A stretch of 64,000 bases of DNA from assembly GCA_016188865.1 (NCBI GenBank), contig JACPGX010000001.1, positions 205,197-269,196 on the forward strand, written 5' to 3'. The notes under the pieces are model-generated. The model did no database searches. It saw nothing but the letters and a program-made list of their open reading frames with translations, and was not told the DNA's origin. Position numbers and translations under genes: made by a program. The DNA is from Candidatus Nealsonbacteria bacterium. Lineage in GTDB: Bacteria > Patescibacteriota > Minisyncoccia > Minisyncoccales > MHMH01. Each line of letters starts with the position of its first letter. The first letter of the stretch is position 1. Below are positions 28,974 through 38,745 of this stretch, in pieces.

Positions 28974-30962
28974 ATGTCAATTTTTGATTTAATCCCGAAA
29001 ATTACTAAACAAAACAATGATTCAAGCTTGCCTGAAAGGGCTTTGGAATTTGCAAAAGAGGCCCATTGCGGCCAAAAAAGAGCTTCCGGCGAAGATTATA
29101 TTCAGCATCCTATCAGAGTGGCCCAAATTCTAACGGAAATGCATCTTGACCCAAAAGCCATAGCAGCCGGCTTTCTGCACGACGTTCCCGACGACACGCC
29201 AAAAACGATCAAAGATATTGAAAAAGAATTCGGCAAAGAAGTCGCTTTCCTGGTGGAGGGGGTAAGCAAACTGGGAAAGTTAAGGTATCCTAAAACTGGC
29301 TGGGAAATAAAAACCGCAAAAGACAGGCTCCGTGAGCCAATCGACCTTAGGGCAGAAAACTTAAGGAAAATGTTTTTTGCCATGGCTCAAGACTTAAGAG
29401 TTGTTTTGATAAAATTGGCCGATAGACTTCATAATATGGAAACATTGGGGTCTCTGCCTCCTGAAAAACAAAAGAGGATTGCTCTGGAAACAATGGAAAT
29501 ATTTGCTCCCATAGCTAACAGATTGGGCATGGGAGACATAAAGGGTAAATTAGAGGATTTGGCCTTTCCCCATCTTTACCCTAAGGAATTTGAATGGTTA
29601 ATGCGCAATGTAAAAGAAAAATATGAAGAACAAGAAAAATATATCAGGAAGATTAGACCAACTTTTAAAAAAATTCTGGGCAAGGAAGCTATTTCTGTTA
29701 TAGATATTCACTCTAGGGCCAAACATTACTGGTCTCTCTATCAAAAACTTCAAAGATACGATATGAACTTCGATAAAATATATGATTTGGTTGCTTTAAG
29801 GGCGATTGTTGATGATGTTAAAACCTGCTACAAAATTTTAGGAATTATCCACAAACTATGGAGGCCGCTGCCCGGACTGATTAAAGATTATATCGCCTTC
29901 CCTAAGCCTAATAATTACAGGGCCATTCATACTACTTGTTTTTGCCTTGATGGAAAAATTACCGAATTCCAGGTCAAAACCAGAGAAATGCATCAAGAAG
30001 ATGAATACGGCATTGCCTCCCACTGGGCTTATAAAGAAGGCATTGATTTAAAAACTCAAAGAAGAAAATTCGCCTGGGTTCAGCAGTTAAGAGACTGGCA
30101 AAAAGAAGTTTCAAAATCAGGAGAATTTATAGAAAGTCTTAAAATTGACTTCTTTAAAAATAGAATCTTTGTTTTTACTCCCAAGGGCGACGTCATTGAC
30201 TTGCCGGAAGGCGCCACTCCCGTTGATTTTGCTTACAGCGTGCACACCGAAATAGGCCAACATTGCTCTGGGGCTAAAATTAATGGCAAAATAGATAATC
30301 TTTCTCGAATGCTGCAAAACGGTGATGTAGTTGAAATTTTAATTGATAAAAAGAAAGGGCCCTCAAGAGATTGGCTGGAGTTTGTCAAAACTGCCATAGC
30401 CCGTTCTAAAATAAGAGAATACTTGAAAGAAAAGGCGCCGGAAAAAACCTTGCCAAGGGCAGTTTTCCCGCCTTTATTAAGGCCGGAGTTTGCCGAAATT
30501 CCATTAAAAACAAGGGGAAATTCTCCAACGATTTTCTTAGCCGGGCAAACTGGCATGCAAATGTATTTAGCTAAGTGCTGCCGACCTGAAATAGGCCAGG
30601 AAATCAAAGCCTATTTAACAAAATCGCAGGGAGCGGCTGTCCACAGAGCCGACTGCCGTAATTTTATAAAATCTCAAAAAAAATGGCCTCAAAAAATCGT
30701 GGAGGCATCATGGTCAAATAAGAGGTGGGGTACCACTTCTTTAGAAATACAAGCTCAAGATCGCGTAGGATTGTTAAGCGATGTTTCTCTGGCCATCAGC
30801 AGGTTGGGAATAAATATTATAAATTGCGAAACTAAAACTAAGCCCGGAGAAAAATCAGCTACAATTTCGGCTGAAGTAGAAATTCCCAAATGGAATGACC
30901 TAGATCGTCTTTTCCGCCGCCTCCATCAAATCAAAGGCGTAAAGGATATTAAAAAAGCTTAA
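28974..30962 (+). CDS. rel: Long RelA/SpoT homologue (HD, synthetase, TGS, ZFD, ACT)
   Basis: FLHDV, IKLADRLHNM, DLVALR, EFQVKT, VFTPKG, AKCC, C-terminal ACT. Confidence 0.95.
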   Translation: MSIFDLIPKITKQNNDSSLPERALEFAKEAHCGQKRASGEDYIQHPIRVAQILTEMHLDPKAIAAGFLHDVPDDTPKTIKDIEKEFGKEVAFLVEGVSKLGKLRYPKTGWEIKTAKDRLREPIDLRAENLRKMFFAMAQDLRVVLIKLADRLHNMETLGSLPPEKQKRIALETMEIFAPIANRLGMGDIKGKLEDLAFPHLYPKEFEWLMRNVKEKYEEQEKYIRKIRPTFKKILGKEAISVIDIHSRAKHYWSLYQKLQRYDMNFDKIYDLVALRAIVDDVKTCYKILGIIHKLWRPLPGLIKDYIAFPKPNNYRAIHTTCFCLDGKITEFQVKTREMHQEDEYGIASHWAYKEGIDLKTQRRKFAWVQQLRDWQKEVSKSGEFIESLKIDFFKNRIFVFTPKGDVIDLPEGATPVDFAYSVHTEIGQHCSGAKINGKIDNLSRMLQNGDVVEILIDKKKGPSRDWLEFVKTAIARSKIREYLKEKAPEKTLPRAVFPPLLRPEFAEIPLKTRGNSPTIFLAGQTGMQMYLAKCCRPEIGQEIKAYLTKSQGAAVHRADCRNFIKSQKKWPQKIVEASWSNKRWGTTSLEIQAQDRVGLLSDVSLAISRLGINIINCETKTKPGEKSATISAEVEIPKWNDLDRLFRRLHQIKGVKDIKKA

Positions 30963-30964
30963 CG

Positions 30965-31840
30965 CTATTTTATCTTCTTGAGCAGATTTTCCAGTTCTTT
31001 TTTGGAATTAAAGAAAACGATCAGTTTAGGCAAGCCGGATTCGATTCTTAATTTAATATTTTTGATTCCGAAGATATTTCTTATTTCCTCTTCTAGGTTT
31101 TTCATTTCTTTTGAGGCGGCAGTTATTTGCTTTTTAATCGGCTGCCAGATATTTAATTTTTGGACTAAACTTTCAGCATCCCTAACGCTTAAACCATTCC
31201 TAACAACTTGGGCAAAAACGTCTTTTTGTTTTTGAATATCCTGAAGAGCTAAAATGGCTCTGGCATGCCCTTCAGAAATTTTATTTTCTTTTATTCCCTC
31301 CTTTATTTCCAATGGCAAGTCCACTAATCGCATGGTATTGGCTACCGCTTCCCGGCTTTTGCCCACCATCTGGGCAATATCTTTTTGCAGCAGCTTAAAT
31401 TCACTCTGCAAACGCTTATACGCTTCGGCTTTTTCCATGGGATTTAAGTCTTCTCTTTGAATGTTTTCAATTAAAGCTATTTCTAATTTTTCCTGCTCAG
31501 TCGGATCTCTGACAATAACCGGCACCTGGGATAATCCCGCCATCTTTGAAGCCAAAAGACGCCTTTCACCGGCCACCAGCTGATATTCTGTAACGCCGTC
31601 AGACTCTTTTTGTATGCGGCTAACGAGCAACGGCTGCAAAATGCCGTGCTCTTTTATTGATTCTGCCAAAGATTTTAAGCCATCCTGATCAAAAATTCTT
31701 CTGGGCTGATAAGGATTAGATTTTATTTTTGCTATATCAATATAAAAAATCGGCTCTTGTTTTATTTCCCCCGTCCCTTGATCGCCGTTGTCTTTCTTGG
31801 GGATTAATGATTCCAACCCCTTGCCAAATGTTTGTTTCAT
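30965..31840 (-). CDS. parB: ParB/Spo0J partition protein
   Basis: NPYQPR, VAGERR, ENIQREDL, HTH, SEGHAR. Confidence 0.95.
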   Translation of the reverse strand: MKQTFGKGLESLIPKKDNGDQGTGEIKQEPIFYIDIAKIKSNPYQPRRIFDQDGLKSLAESIKEHGILQPLLVSRIQKESDGVTEYQLVAGERRLLASKMAGLSQVPVIVRDPTEQEKLEIALIENIQREDLNPMEKAEAYKRLQSEFKLLQKDIAQMVGKSREAVANTMRLVDLPLEIKEGIKENKISEGHARAILALQDIQKQKDVFAQVVRNGLSVRDAESLVQKLNIWQPIKKQITAASKEMKNLEEEIRNIFGIKNIKLRIESGLPKLIVFFNSKKELENLLKKIK

Positions 31841-32610
31841 AGATGTTGATTCGTTGAATTGATTATTTCCTCTGCCAAATCCCTATAGGACTGGGCGGCT
31901 TGAGATCCGGGGGCATACTGCAAAATTGTCTTGCCAAACCTCGGGGCTTCAGCTAAAACTACGGCTCTGGGAATTACAGCATTAAAAACTCGTCCGGGAA
32001 ATTTTTCTCTGACTTCTCTGGCCACCTCTTTCGATATTTTATTACTTTTATTATACATAGTCAAAAGTGCGCCGGCAATTTTTAAATCGTGACCTAAATT
32101 ATTTTTTACTAAATTAATGGTATCCAATAATTGCCCCAATCCCTCCAAGGCCAAATATTCGCATTGCACGGGAATCAAAACTTCATCAGCCGCGCAAAAA
32201 GCATTAAGAGTAAGCAGGCCTAAGCTTGGCGGAGAATCAATAATAATAAAGTCATAGGAATCTTTAACCTTATCTAAAATCTGTCTTAATTTGGATTCTC
32301 TGTTATCGGCTGAAACAAGTTCTACCGCGGCTCCGGCCAAGTCTGGAGAAGCTGGCATAATCTCATAGTTAAAAAACGGGCTTTTCCTGATAATAGCTGA
32401 TGGGCTGACTTGGCCAGCCATGGCGTGATAAATGGATAAAGGCAAATTTTTAGGAGCTATTCCCAAAGAAAAAGTGGCATTAGCCTGATTATCAAGGTCC
32501 ACCAGCAAAACTTTCTTCCCCATAGCTGCCAAAAAAACAGGCAAATTTACAGCTGTCGTTGTTTTCCCGGTTCCTCCCTTGTTATTAGCTATAACAATAA
32601 CCCTCGTCAT
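31837..32610 (-). CDS. parA: ParA/Soj ATPase
   Basis: KGGTGKTT, IDSPPSLG, PVQCEYLALEG. Confidence 0.96.
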   Translation of the reverse strand: MTRVIVIANNKGGTGKTTTAVNLPVFLAAMGKKVLLVDLDNQANATFSLGIAPKNLPLSIYHAMAGQVSPSAIIRKSPFFNYEIMPASPDLAGAAVELVSADNRESKLRQILDKVKDSYDFIIIDSPPSLGLLTLNAFCAADEVLIPVQCEYLALEGLGQLLDTINLVKNNLGHDLKIAGALLTMYNKSNKISKEVAREVREKFPGRVFNAVIPRAVVLAEAPRFGKTILQYAPGSQAAQSYRDLAEEIINSTNQHL

Positions 32611-32638
32611 TAAATCAAATTATCACAAAACTTCATCT

Positions 32639-32667
32639 TTGACAAATAAGAAAATTTTTGGTAAATT
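32639..32667 (+). promoter_or_regulatory. Promoter of tRNA-Leu
   Basis: TTGACA-17-TAAATT. Confidence 0.65.
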
Positions 32668-32701
32668 TAAATAGTTTAGGGCTTGCCCCGAGCTTGCCGA
32701 G

Positions 32702-32784
32702 GGGCGAGTGGTGGAATGGCAGACACGATGGATTCAAAATCCATTGAGCGCAAGCTCATGAGAGTTCGACTCTCTCCTCGCCCA
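32702..32784 (+). tRNA. tRNA-Leu(CAA); CCA not encoded
   Basis: GGGCGAG/CTCGCCC acceptor stem, ATGGA-TTCAAAA-TCCAT anticodon arm, long variable arm, GTTCGAC T-loop. Confidence 0.96.
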
Positions 32785-32815
32785 TATGGCACATTAAAAA
32801 TTATTGGAGGTGTGA

Positions 32816-33094
32816 ATGGCTGAAAATCCAAACCAAGAGAAAAAAACAGATCCTCTAATGCAGGAATTTCACGAAACAAAAAATGCCATTAAGGAAAATC
32901 TTTTGACATTGGTTGTAGCAGCGTTTACTTTAGTAGCTGCTTTGGCATGGAATGATGCTGTTCAAAGCTTAGTCAAGACTATTTTTCCCCAAGGCAATGG
33001 AGGAATTATTAGTAAATTCGTTTATGCCATTATTGCCACTATTATAGTGGCTGTGATTTCTTTGCGATTGAGAAAAATCGCTGCAAAAAAATAA
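32816..33094 (+). CDS. Small membrane protein (DUF5654-like)
   Basis: AAFTLVAALAWNDA motif; GGAGGTG SD. Confidence 0.8.
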   Translation: MAENPNQEKKTDPLMQEFHETKNAIKENLLTLVVAAFTLVAALAWNDAVQSLVKTIFPQGNGGIISKFVYAIIATIIVAVISLRLRKIAAKK

Positions 33095-33584
33095 TAGTTA
33101 ACCAGCCAGAAATAACGCCGACTATCGCTCCGGCTAAAATATCTGAAGGCCAATGAACTCCCGCAAAAACGCGCGCAATTGAAATTAAGAAGCTGGCAAT
33201 AAAAACCCATATGCCGGCTTTTTTGTTATATTTATAAACAACAAAAGACAGGGCAAAGAAAAAAGCAGCATGACCCGAAGGAAAAGACGCTTGATTGACT
33301 TTATCAATAAGCAAATTGATATGGTTTTCAATGAAAGGTCGCGGCCTTGGCCACAGCCAGCGAATCAATTCCACAACAGCAAAACGAGCAATAAATGACG
33401 CTAAAAATGCCTGAAAAATTATTTTCCATTTATTTACCTGCCTGCCGGCAGGCAGGTAGAATAATAAAATAATTAAAGCAACTAAAATATAGCCAAGATA
33501 TTTGGCGGAAAAAACAGCTAAATTATCCAGCCAAGCATATTGGCCTGCTAAATTATTTATTTTTTGGAATAAAAAATAGTCCAT
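33042..33584 (-). CDS. PAP2-family phosphatase (undecaprenyl-diphosphatase-like)
   Basis: RPRP, SFPSGH, ARVFAGVHWPSD. Confidence 0.92.
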   Translation of the reverse strand: MDYFLFQKINNLAGQYAWLDNLAVFSAKYLGYILVALIILLFYLPAGRQVNKWKIIFQAFLASFIARFAVVELIRWLWPRPRPFIENHINLLIDKVNQASFPSGHAAFFFALSFVVYKYNKKAGIWVFIASFLISIARVFAGVHWPSDILAGAIVGVISGWLTIIFLQRFFSIAKKSQPL

Positions 33585-33586
33585 AT

Positions 33587-34648
33587 TTAGGAGATCCGTA
33601 AATTAGCTTCGGCTTTAATATTTTTTCTGACGTCTTTTCTGTGGAAATAAGCAGTTGCGGCCACCATTGCGGCATTGTCGGTGCACAAATTTTTTGGCGG
33701 AACCAAAAAATTTAGTTTATAGTTTAGAGTTTTTAGTTTATAGTCGAATTGTTTTCTTAACTCTTCATTCGCTGCTACGCCGCCTCCAAGAATGATTGAT
33801 TTTACTCCAAAATCCCTTGCTGCCTTTATGGTCTTATGCATCAAAACATCAATTATCGCCTGCTGAACTTCGTAACACATCTCTATTTTATCATAATTAC
33901 CCTTTTTTACTTTATATAATACGGCTGTTTTAAGACCGGAAAAACTAAAATCATAATTTTTTTGCCTAATCATCGGCCTCGGCAGTTGGTCGGAAACCCG
34001 ACGTCCGACCATTTTTGCGGCTGTGGCTGCAATAGCTGGGCCACCGGGATAGCCGAGGCCTAAAATCCTGGCAACCTTATCAAGGCATTCGCCAGCTGCG
34101 TCATCACGAGTTTCGCCTATTAATTTATATTTTCCGATAGCTTTCATCAAAACTAACTGCGTATGCCCACCCGACACCACCAAAGCCACCGCCGGAAAAA
34201 CTATTGAGGCCGGGCCTCCATAGTGTTCGCTAATGAAATTGGCGAGAATGTGCGCTTCGATGTGGTTGACTGAAATTAATGATTTTTTATATTTTTTTGC
34301 AATTTCTTTGGCAAAGTTGATCCCCTGCCATAAACAGGGTTCTAATCCTGGGCCGACGGTCACGGTGACGAAATCAATTTTTAGAGGTCCGACCTCCCGT
34401 AATATTTTTCGGGAGGTCGGACCTCCTAATATTCTCAAAACTTTTTCAAAGACAACCGGTAAATTCTTTTGATGCTCGCGTTTCGCTAAGAAGGGATAAA
34501 CCCCTCCATATTTTGCGTGGATTTTCACTTGCGAAGAGACTGTATTTGATATAATTTTGAAATTAGAATTTTTTACTTCCAGTAAAGCAATGGCTGTATC
34601 ATCGCAGGAAGTGTCAATTCCTAATATCTTAATATTTTGGGAGGCCAT
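33587..34648 (-). CDS. tsaD: t6A tRNA modification protein TsaD
   Basis: IDTSCDDT, NHIEAH, VSGGHT, TRDDAAGE, FSFSGLKT, TDNAAM. Confidence 0.96.
   Translation of the reverse strand: MASQNIKILGIDTSCDDTAIALLEVKNSNFKIISNTVSSQVKIHAKYGGVYPFLAKREHQKNLPVVFEKVLRILGGPTSRKILREVGPLKIDFVTVTVGPGLEPCLWQGINFAKEIAKKYKKSLISVNHIEAHILANFISEHYGGPASIVFPAVALVVSGGHTQLVLMKAIGKYKLIGETRDDAAGECLDKVARILGLGYPGGPAIAATAAKMVGRRVSDQLPRPMIRQKNYDFSFSGLKTAVLYKVKKGNYDKIEMCYEVQQAIIDVLMHKTIKAARDFGVKSIILGGGVAANEELRKQFDYKLKTLNYKLNFLVPPKNLCTDNAAMVAATAYFHRKDVRKNIKAEANLRIS
34384..34425. repeat. Palindrome family D doublet, in frame in tsaD
   Basis: Same 16-bp arms and same 10-bp spacer length as 9026-9067; encodes GGPTSRKILREVGP. Confidence 0.92.
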
Positions 34649-35154
34649 ATGGTTAAATCAATAACTTTTGATGGTTTGGCTTTTTTAAGATTGCCAGCAT
34701 CAACCGCCAAGTCGGGCTGATGCCTTTTGCCTTCAAATTGTTTTATCACTTCTTTAATTTTCGTTGAAGCCGGCTGGCCTGATATATTCGCCGAAGTTTC
34801 CGCCAAAGGGCCCGTGTGCTTGACTAAGTCAAGCACAAATTTATAGTTAGGAATGCGAATACCGGGCTTTTTATAATGAAAAACCGCTGTCACCGGCCCC
34901 GGCCAAACTCGTTTAAGAAATTTTTCCTGTCTGGGATTGATCTCGGCTAATTTTTTAGCCATTTTGATATCGCTGACAAAAATAGGTATCAATTTATTTT
35001 TGGGCCTCTTTTTTATTTTATATAATCTTGCAACCGCTTCTTTATTCCCGGCATCGCAAATCAACCCGTAAACTGTATCGGTGGGACAAATAATCACTTT
35101 GCCCTCCTTTATGGCCTTAATTACTTTTTTAAGATTTGGCTTGGTAATCTCCAT
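34621..35154 (-). CDS. tsaC: Threonylcarbamoyl-AMP synthase TsaC/Sua5
   Basis: PTDTVYGL, WPGPVT, TSANISG. Confidence 0.94.
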   Translation of the reverse strand: MEITKPNLKKVIKAIKEGKVIICPTDTVYGLICDAGNKEAVARLYKIKKRPKNKLIPIFVSDIKMAKKLAEINPRQEKFLKRVWPGPVTAVFHYKKPGIRIPNYKFVLDLVKHTGPLAETSANISGQPASTKIKEVIKQFEGKRHQPDLAVDAGNLKKAKPSKVIDLTIWPPKILRY

Positions 35155-35196
35155 ATTATTAAATTTAACCTATTTTCTTGAAACAAAAAAGAGGAG

Positions 35197-35418
35197 CTAT
35201 GCTCCCCTTCTGATTGCTCTATACTCTCTATACTGCTCAAGCTTGCCTATAAGCTCTTTTAACTGCGAATGACTAATCACCCCATATTGATTGCCGCCAC
35301 CCCTGATTACGCGACTACTCTCTTCTATGAGAGCGTGAATTATTGCCTCAAGTTCTTCTTCTGTCGGGACAACAGCTCCATCCTTTAGCCAACTGCCAAC
35401 ACTAGGAATTATCAACAT
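35197..35418 (-). CDS. Hypothetical protein
   Basis: AGGAGG SD; 73 aa. Confidence 0.6.
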   Translation of the reverse strand: MLIIPSVGSWLKDGAVVPTEEELEAIIHALIEESSRVIRGGGNQYGVISHSQLKELIGKLEQYREYRAIRRGA

Positions 35419-35435
35419 TTTCCACCTCCTTCTTT

Positions 35436-35708
35436 TTAATAATTTCCGAAAAGAGTATCTTCGTCAAGACCTCTTTTTTTTATTTCATCTCGAACCGCAA
35501 AAACATCGCATTCATGACAATACCCCGGCGTACGAATGCCGCAATAAACTTCCAAACAACCATCAAGCCAGCAGGGCGCCTCTCTATGGCTTACTGCATT
35601 AACCCATATCCACCAACAAGCTTTAGAGCAAGTTGGATGGTAATCTCGGTTGATAAATTCGCTCTTGCAAATAGGGCATCTATCTATCTGGCCAATAGCG
35701 CTCCTCAT
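35436..35708 (-). CDS. Cys-rich hypothetical protein
   Basis: CPIC, CSKAC, CHEC. Confidence 0.55.
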   Translation of the reverse strand: MRSAIGQIDRCPICKSEFINRDYHPTCSKACWWIWVNAVSHREAPCWLDGCLEVYCGIRTPGYCHECDVFAVRDEIKKRGLDEDTLFGNY

Positions 35709-35752
35709 TATGCCGCCTTCATTTTCAAAATACCAAAGTGATTATAGAAAAC

Positions 35753-36898
35753 TTAATGCTTCTTGTCAAGCACGTTTGAGAACTTACTGTAAAAAATTGT
35801 GTTATCTTCAAGATTTTCAAAAACAACCGAAGCGGGCCCAATCGCGCAATTCGACCCGATTAATACTCCGGGCATTAAAGAAACATGGATGCCGGTCTGT
35901 GTGTTATCGCCCATAATGCAGCCGAGTTTCGTCCGGCCGGTATCGACAGGATTGCCCTTAATTTTCGCCCTAATCGTGTTTTTATCAAAACGCAAATTAG
36001 CGGTAATCGTGCCGGCGCCCAAATTGCAGTTTTGGCCGATAACTGAATCGCCCACGTAGCTTAAGTGGGGAATTTTTGAATTATCGCCAATAATCGAATT
36101 TTTAATTTCAACGCCGTTGCCGATGTGGCAATTATCTCCGATAGAAACCGGCCCGCGCAAAACGCAGTTCTTGCTGATGCGGCAATTCTTGCCAATGTAA
36201 ACTTTCGTCTTGCTATTATTGAGAAGATGCTCTAAAATGGCAAACAAATCCCAAGGGTATTTTAAAGAAACCGGCTCTTCCTTTGCCAAAACAAACTCGG
36301 CGCCCCTTTCTTTTATCAATAAATTTATTGTGTCTATTAAATTATCTTCTTTTTGGGGAACCTTTTTGTAATAATCAAAAAAATTAGCTGGAAAAATATA
36401 GGTTTCAGCGGCTTTAATTTTTGAGGGCTCTTTGCCTTTTTCTGGATTTTCAACGATTTCAACAATCTTCTTGCCCCGGAACTTTATCATGCCAAAATCC
36501 CACGGCCGGTCGGTTTTTACTCCCAAAAGGACGGCTTTTGCCGTATTTGTCTTAAATTTTACAAGCAATCGCGGCAAATATTCTTTAACGTCAACCTTGT
36601 GCGGACCAACAACGACAAATGGCCCTTTGATGAATTTTCTGGCTTGCCAAATGGCATCACCCGTACTTTCTGGTTTTGATTGAACAACATATTTAACGCT
36701 TTTATCTTTTAAATCATTTTCAATGTCTTTTTGAGGCCCCTGAACAACAATTATATCCTTAATGCCGGATTTTCTTAAACCTTTTATCGTATGCAAAATT
36801 AAGGGCTCTCCCATTATTTGGGTTAAAGATTTGTGCTTTAAATTGAACGGCCAGAATCTTGAAGATTTGCCGGCAGCTAAAATAATGGCTTGGGGCAT
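35753..36898 (-). CDS. GlmU-like bifunctional nucleotidyltransferase/acetyltransferase
   Basis: ILAAGKSSR, hexapeptide repeats, HLSYVGDS, GAGTITAN. Confidence 0.88.
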   Translation of the reverse strand: MPQAIILAAGKSSRFWPFNLKHKSLTQIMGEPLILHTIKGLRKSGIKDIIVVQGPQKDIENDLKDKSVKYVVQSKPESTGDAIWQARKFIKGPFVVVGPHKVDVKEYLPRLLVKFKTNTAKAVLLGVKTDRPWDFGMIKFRGKKIVEIVENPEKGKEPSKIKAAETYIFPANFFDYYKKVPQKEDNLIDTINLLIKERGAEFVLAKEEPVSLKYPWDLFAILEHLLNNSKTKVYIGKNCRISKNCVLRGPVSIGDNCHIGNGVEIKNSIIGDNSKIPHLSYVGDSVIGQNCNLGAGTITANLRFDKNTIRAKIKGNPVDTGRTKLGCIMGDNTQTGIHVSLMPGVLIGSNCAIGPASVVFENLEDNTIFYSKFSNVLDKKH

Positions 36899-37836
36899 AG
36901 ATTCAAAATTATTTTTGACAGTTTATCCGAGTCGTGAACAATCGCACCCCTATCTGTCAAAATGTCTCCTCCTATAAATTTATCTATGTCTAAAATTTCG
37001 GAAAATTTTACCAACTCCAATAATTCGGAATGATTTTTTTTATAATTAGCAATTCTTAAGGGAGACGGCTTGCGTTTGTTGAAAATAACATTGTTAAATT
37101 CCTGTCCAAGATATCTTTCCATTTCAAAAGTAAAATCCAAAACTGAAAAATTATCGGTCTCTCCATGCTTTGTCATCAAATTACAAATATAAACTTTTCT
37201 GGCATAACTTTTTCTGATTGCTTCAGAAATTCCCTTAACCAGCAAAATTTGCGCCAAAGATGAATATAAATCTCCGGGGCCCATAATAATTACATCCGCT
37301 TCTTGAATGGCCCTTAAGACGGGCTGGTAAGCTTTGGCTTCGGGCTCTAAGAAAACTTTTTTAATTTTTATGTTTCCATCGTGTTTGGGAACATCTATAT
37401 TAGTTTCTCCTCTGATGGTTTGACCATTCTCCAGCTGGGCGCAAAGAGTGGCGTTGTCCAGAGTAACCGGAAGCACTTCCCGATTATCGGGGATATTCAG
37501 ATCTTCCTTAAGCGCACTTGGGAGTTCCTTTGCATCAAAGGCTAGGGAAATACTTGTGCAATAAGCATTAGCTAAAATAACTCCATTTTCAAAACGATGC
37601 GAAAATAATTCTTTCTTTTCTTTAGGCGCTTCGGATAAAGCTAAAGCCGCTCTTCTAATGTCGCCGAAAGCCACTTTAGTCTTAAATAGCTCTCTTTCTT
37701 TGCCGGCAAAACCGCCCGAATCGAGCATAGCCGAAATCGCCGTTATCTTTACCGGGTATTTTTTAAGACCCTCCAGCACCGCCTTGGGCATAGCATTCCC
37801 CCCGCCCAAGACCACTATTTTAGTAATTTCTTTCAT
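36877..37836 (-). CDS. YvcK/GlmR (CofD-like) family protein
   Basis: LGGG, DSGG, GDIRRA, GETNID, GPGDLYSS. Confidence 0.88.
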   Translation of the reverse strand: MKEITKIVVLGGGNAMPKAVLEGLKKYPVKITAISAMLDSGGFAGKERELFKTKVAFGDIRRAALALSEAPKEKKELFSHRFENGVILANAYCTSISLAFDAKELPSALKEDLNIPDNREVLPVTLDNATLCAQLENGQTIRGETNIDVPKHDGNIKIKKVFLEPEAKAYQPVLRAIQEADVIIMGPGDLYSSLAQILLVKGISEAIRKSYARKVYICNLMTKHGETDNFSVLDFTFEMERYLGQEFNNVIFNKRKPSPLRIANYKKNHSELLELVKFSEILDIDKFIGGDILTDRGAIVHDSDKLSKIILNLCPKPLF

Positions 37837-37842
37837 TGCGTA

Positions 37843-37867
37843 ATGTAACGGGTCGTACCAGTTACAT
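37843..37867. repeat. Palindrome family E, copy 1
   Basis: ATGTAACGGGTCGTACCAGTTACAT; one mismatch to 44340-44364. Confidence 0.9.
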
Positions 37868-37872
37868 ATGGA

Positions 37873-38745
37873 TTATTTAAATTCTCTGATTATGTTATCC
37901 CAGTTGGTTTTTCTGTCAATTGTATGCCAGGGTTGTTTTAATTGAGGCCACTGGGATTCAAAAGTGGCGCGTTCCGTCTGGTAAAAAACGCCAATGGGCA
38001 CTTTGGTATCTTTTTCGTAAGAATAATCCCATTCTCTGACTCTCTCCAGGGCTTGGCTAAAATTGCCAGCATCGTGAGTCTCCTCTAATTTATAAACATT
38101 TTTAGTCAAATAAGGCACTGAATGCTTATGGTAAACAATGCAGGGCTGTAAAATATCAAGAAAGGCAAAACCTTTATGCGTTATGGCTTTTTTCATCAGT
38201 TCTTTTAAATGCGGCCCCTGCAAAGCATAACCCCTGGCCACGAAAGTAGCGCCCAAATCTAAGGCCATAAGTAAGGAATTAATCGGCTTTTCTCCTTGGC
38301 CTAAAGGAGTGGAACCATCAACAAATCCTTTTTCCGTAAGAGCAGTAGCTTGTCCGGTAGTCAAAGCAAAAACCTGATTAGTATGCACCATCATGGTCAT
38401 GTCGGCGTTATACCTGCAAGCGTGAACAAAATGAGAAACGCCTTCGTCAAAAGTATCGCCGTCTCCTCCGAATCCTACCACAGTTAAATCGGGGTTTCCC
38501 AATTTTATTCCTAAACAAACCGGCAAAACCCTGCCATGCAGCCCGTTAAAGCCGTTTAAATTTACGTAGTCAAAAATCTTGCCGTGGCAGCCGATGCCAG
38601 CCACTAAAGAAGTATCTTTGACGCTTATTTTTCCTTCATTGACCAATTCGGCCAGCGCCTCTTTAATTGAGTTCAAAATGCCGAAATTGGGACAGCCGGG
38701 GCACCAGGTATTTATTTCTTTTGTTGTAAAATCTTGCGGAGTCAT
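37873..38745 (-). CDS. 2-oxoacid:ferredoxin oxidoreductase beta subunit
   Basis: WCPGC, GIGC, LHGR, GGDGD TPP motif. Confidence 0.93.
   Translation of the reverse strand: MTPQDFTTKEINTWCPGCPNFGILNSIKEALAELVNEGKISVKDTSLVAGIGCHGKIFDYVNLNGFNGLHGRVLPVCLGIKLGNPDLTVVGFGGDGDTFDEGVSHFVHACRYNADMTMMVHTNQVFALTTGQATALTEKGFVDGSTPLGQGEKPINSLLMALDLGATFVARGYALQGPHLKELMKKAITHKGFAFLDILQPCIVYHKHSVPYLTKNVYKLEETHDAGNFSQALERVREWDYSYEKDTKVPIGVFYQTERATFESQWPQLKQPWHTIDRKTNWDNIIREFK

Noticed and set aside
32676..32879. 67-aa minus-strand ORF
   Set aside because: It is antisense to tRNA-Leu and the next gene.
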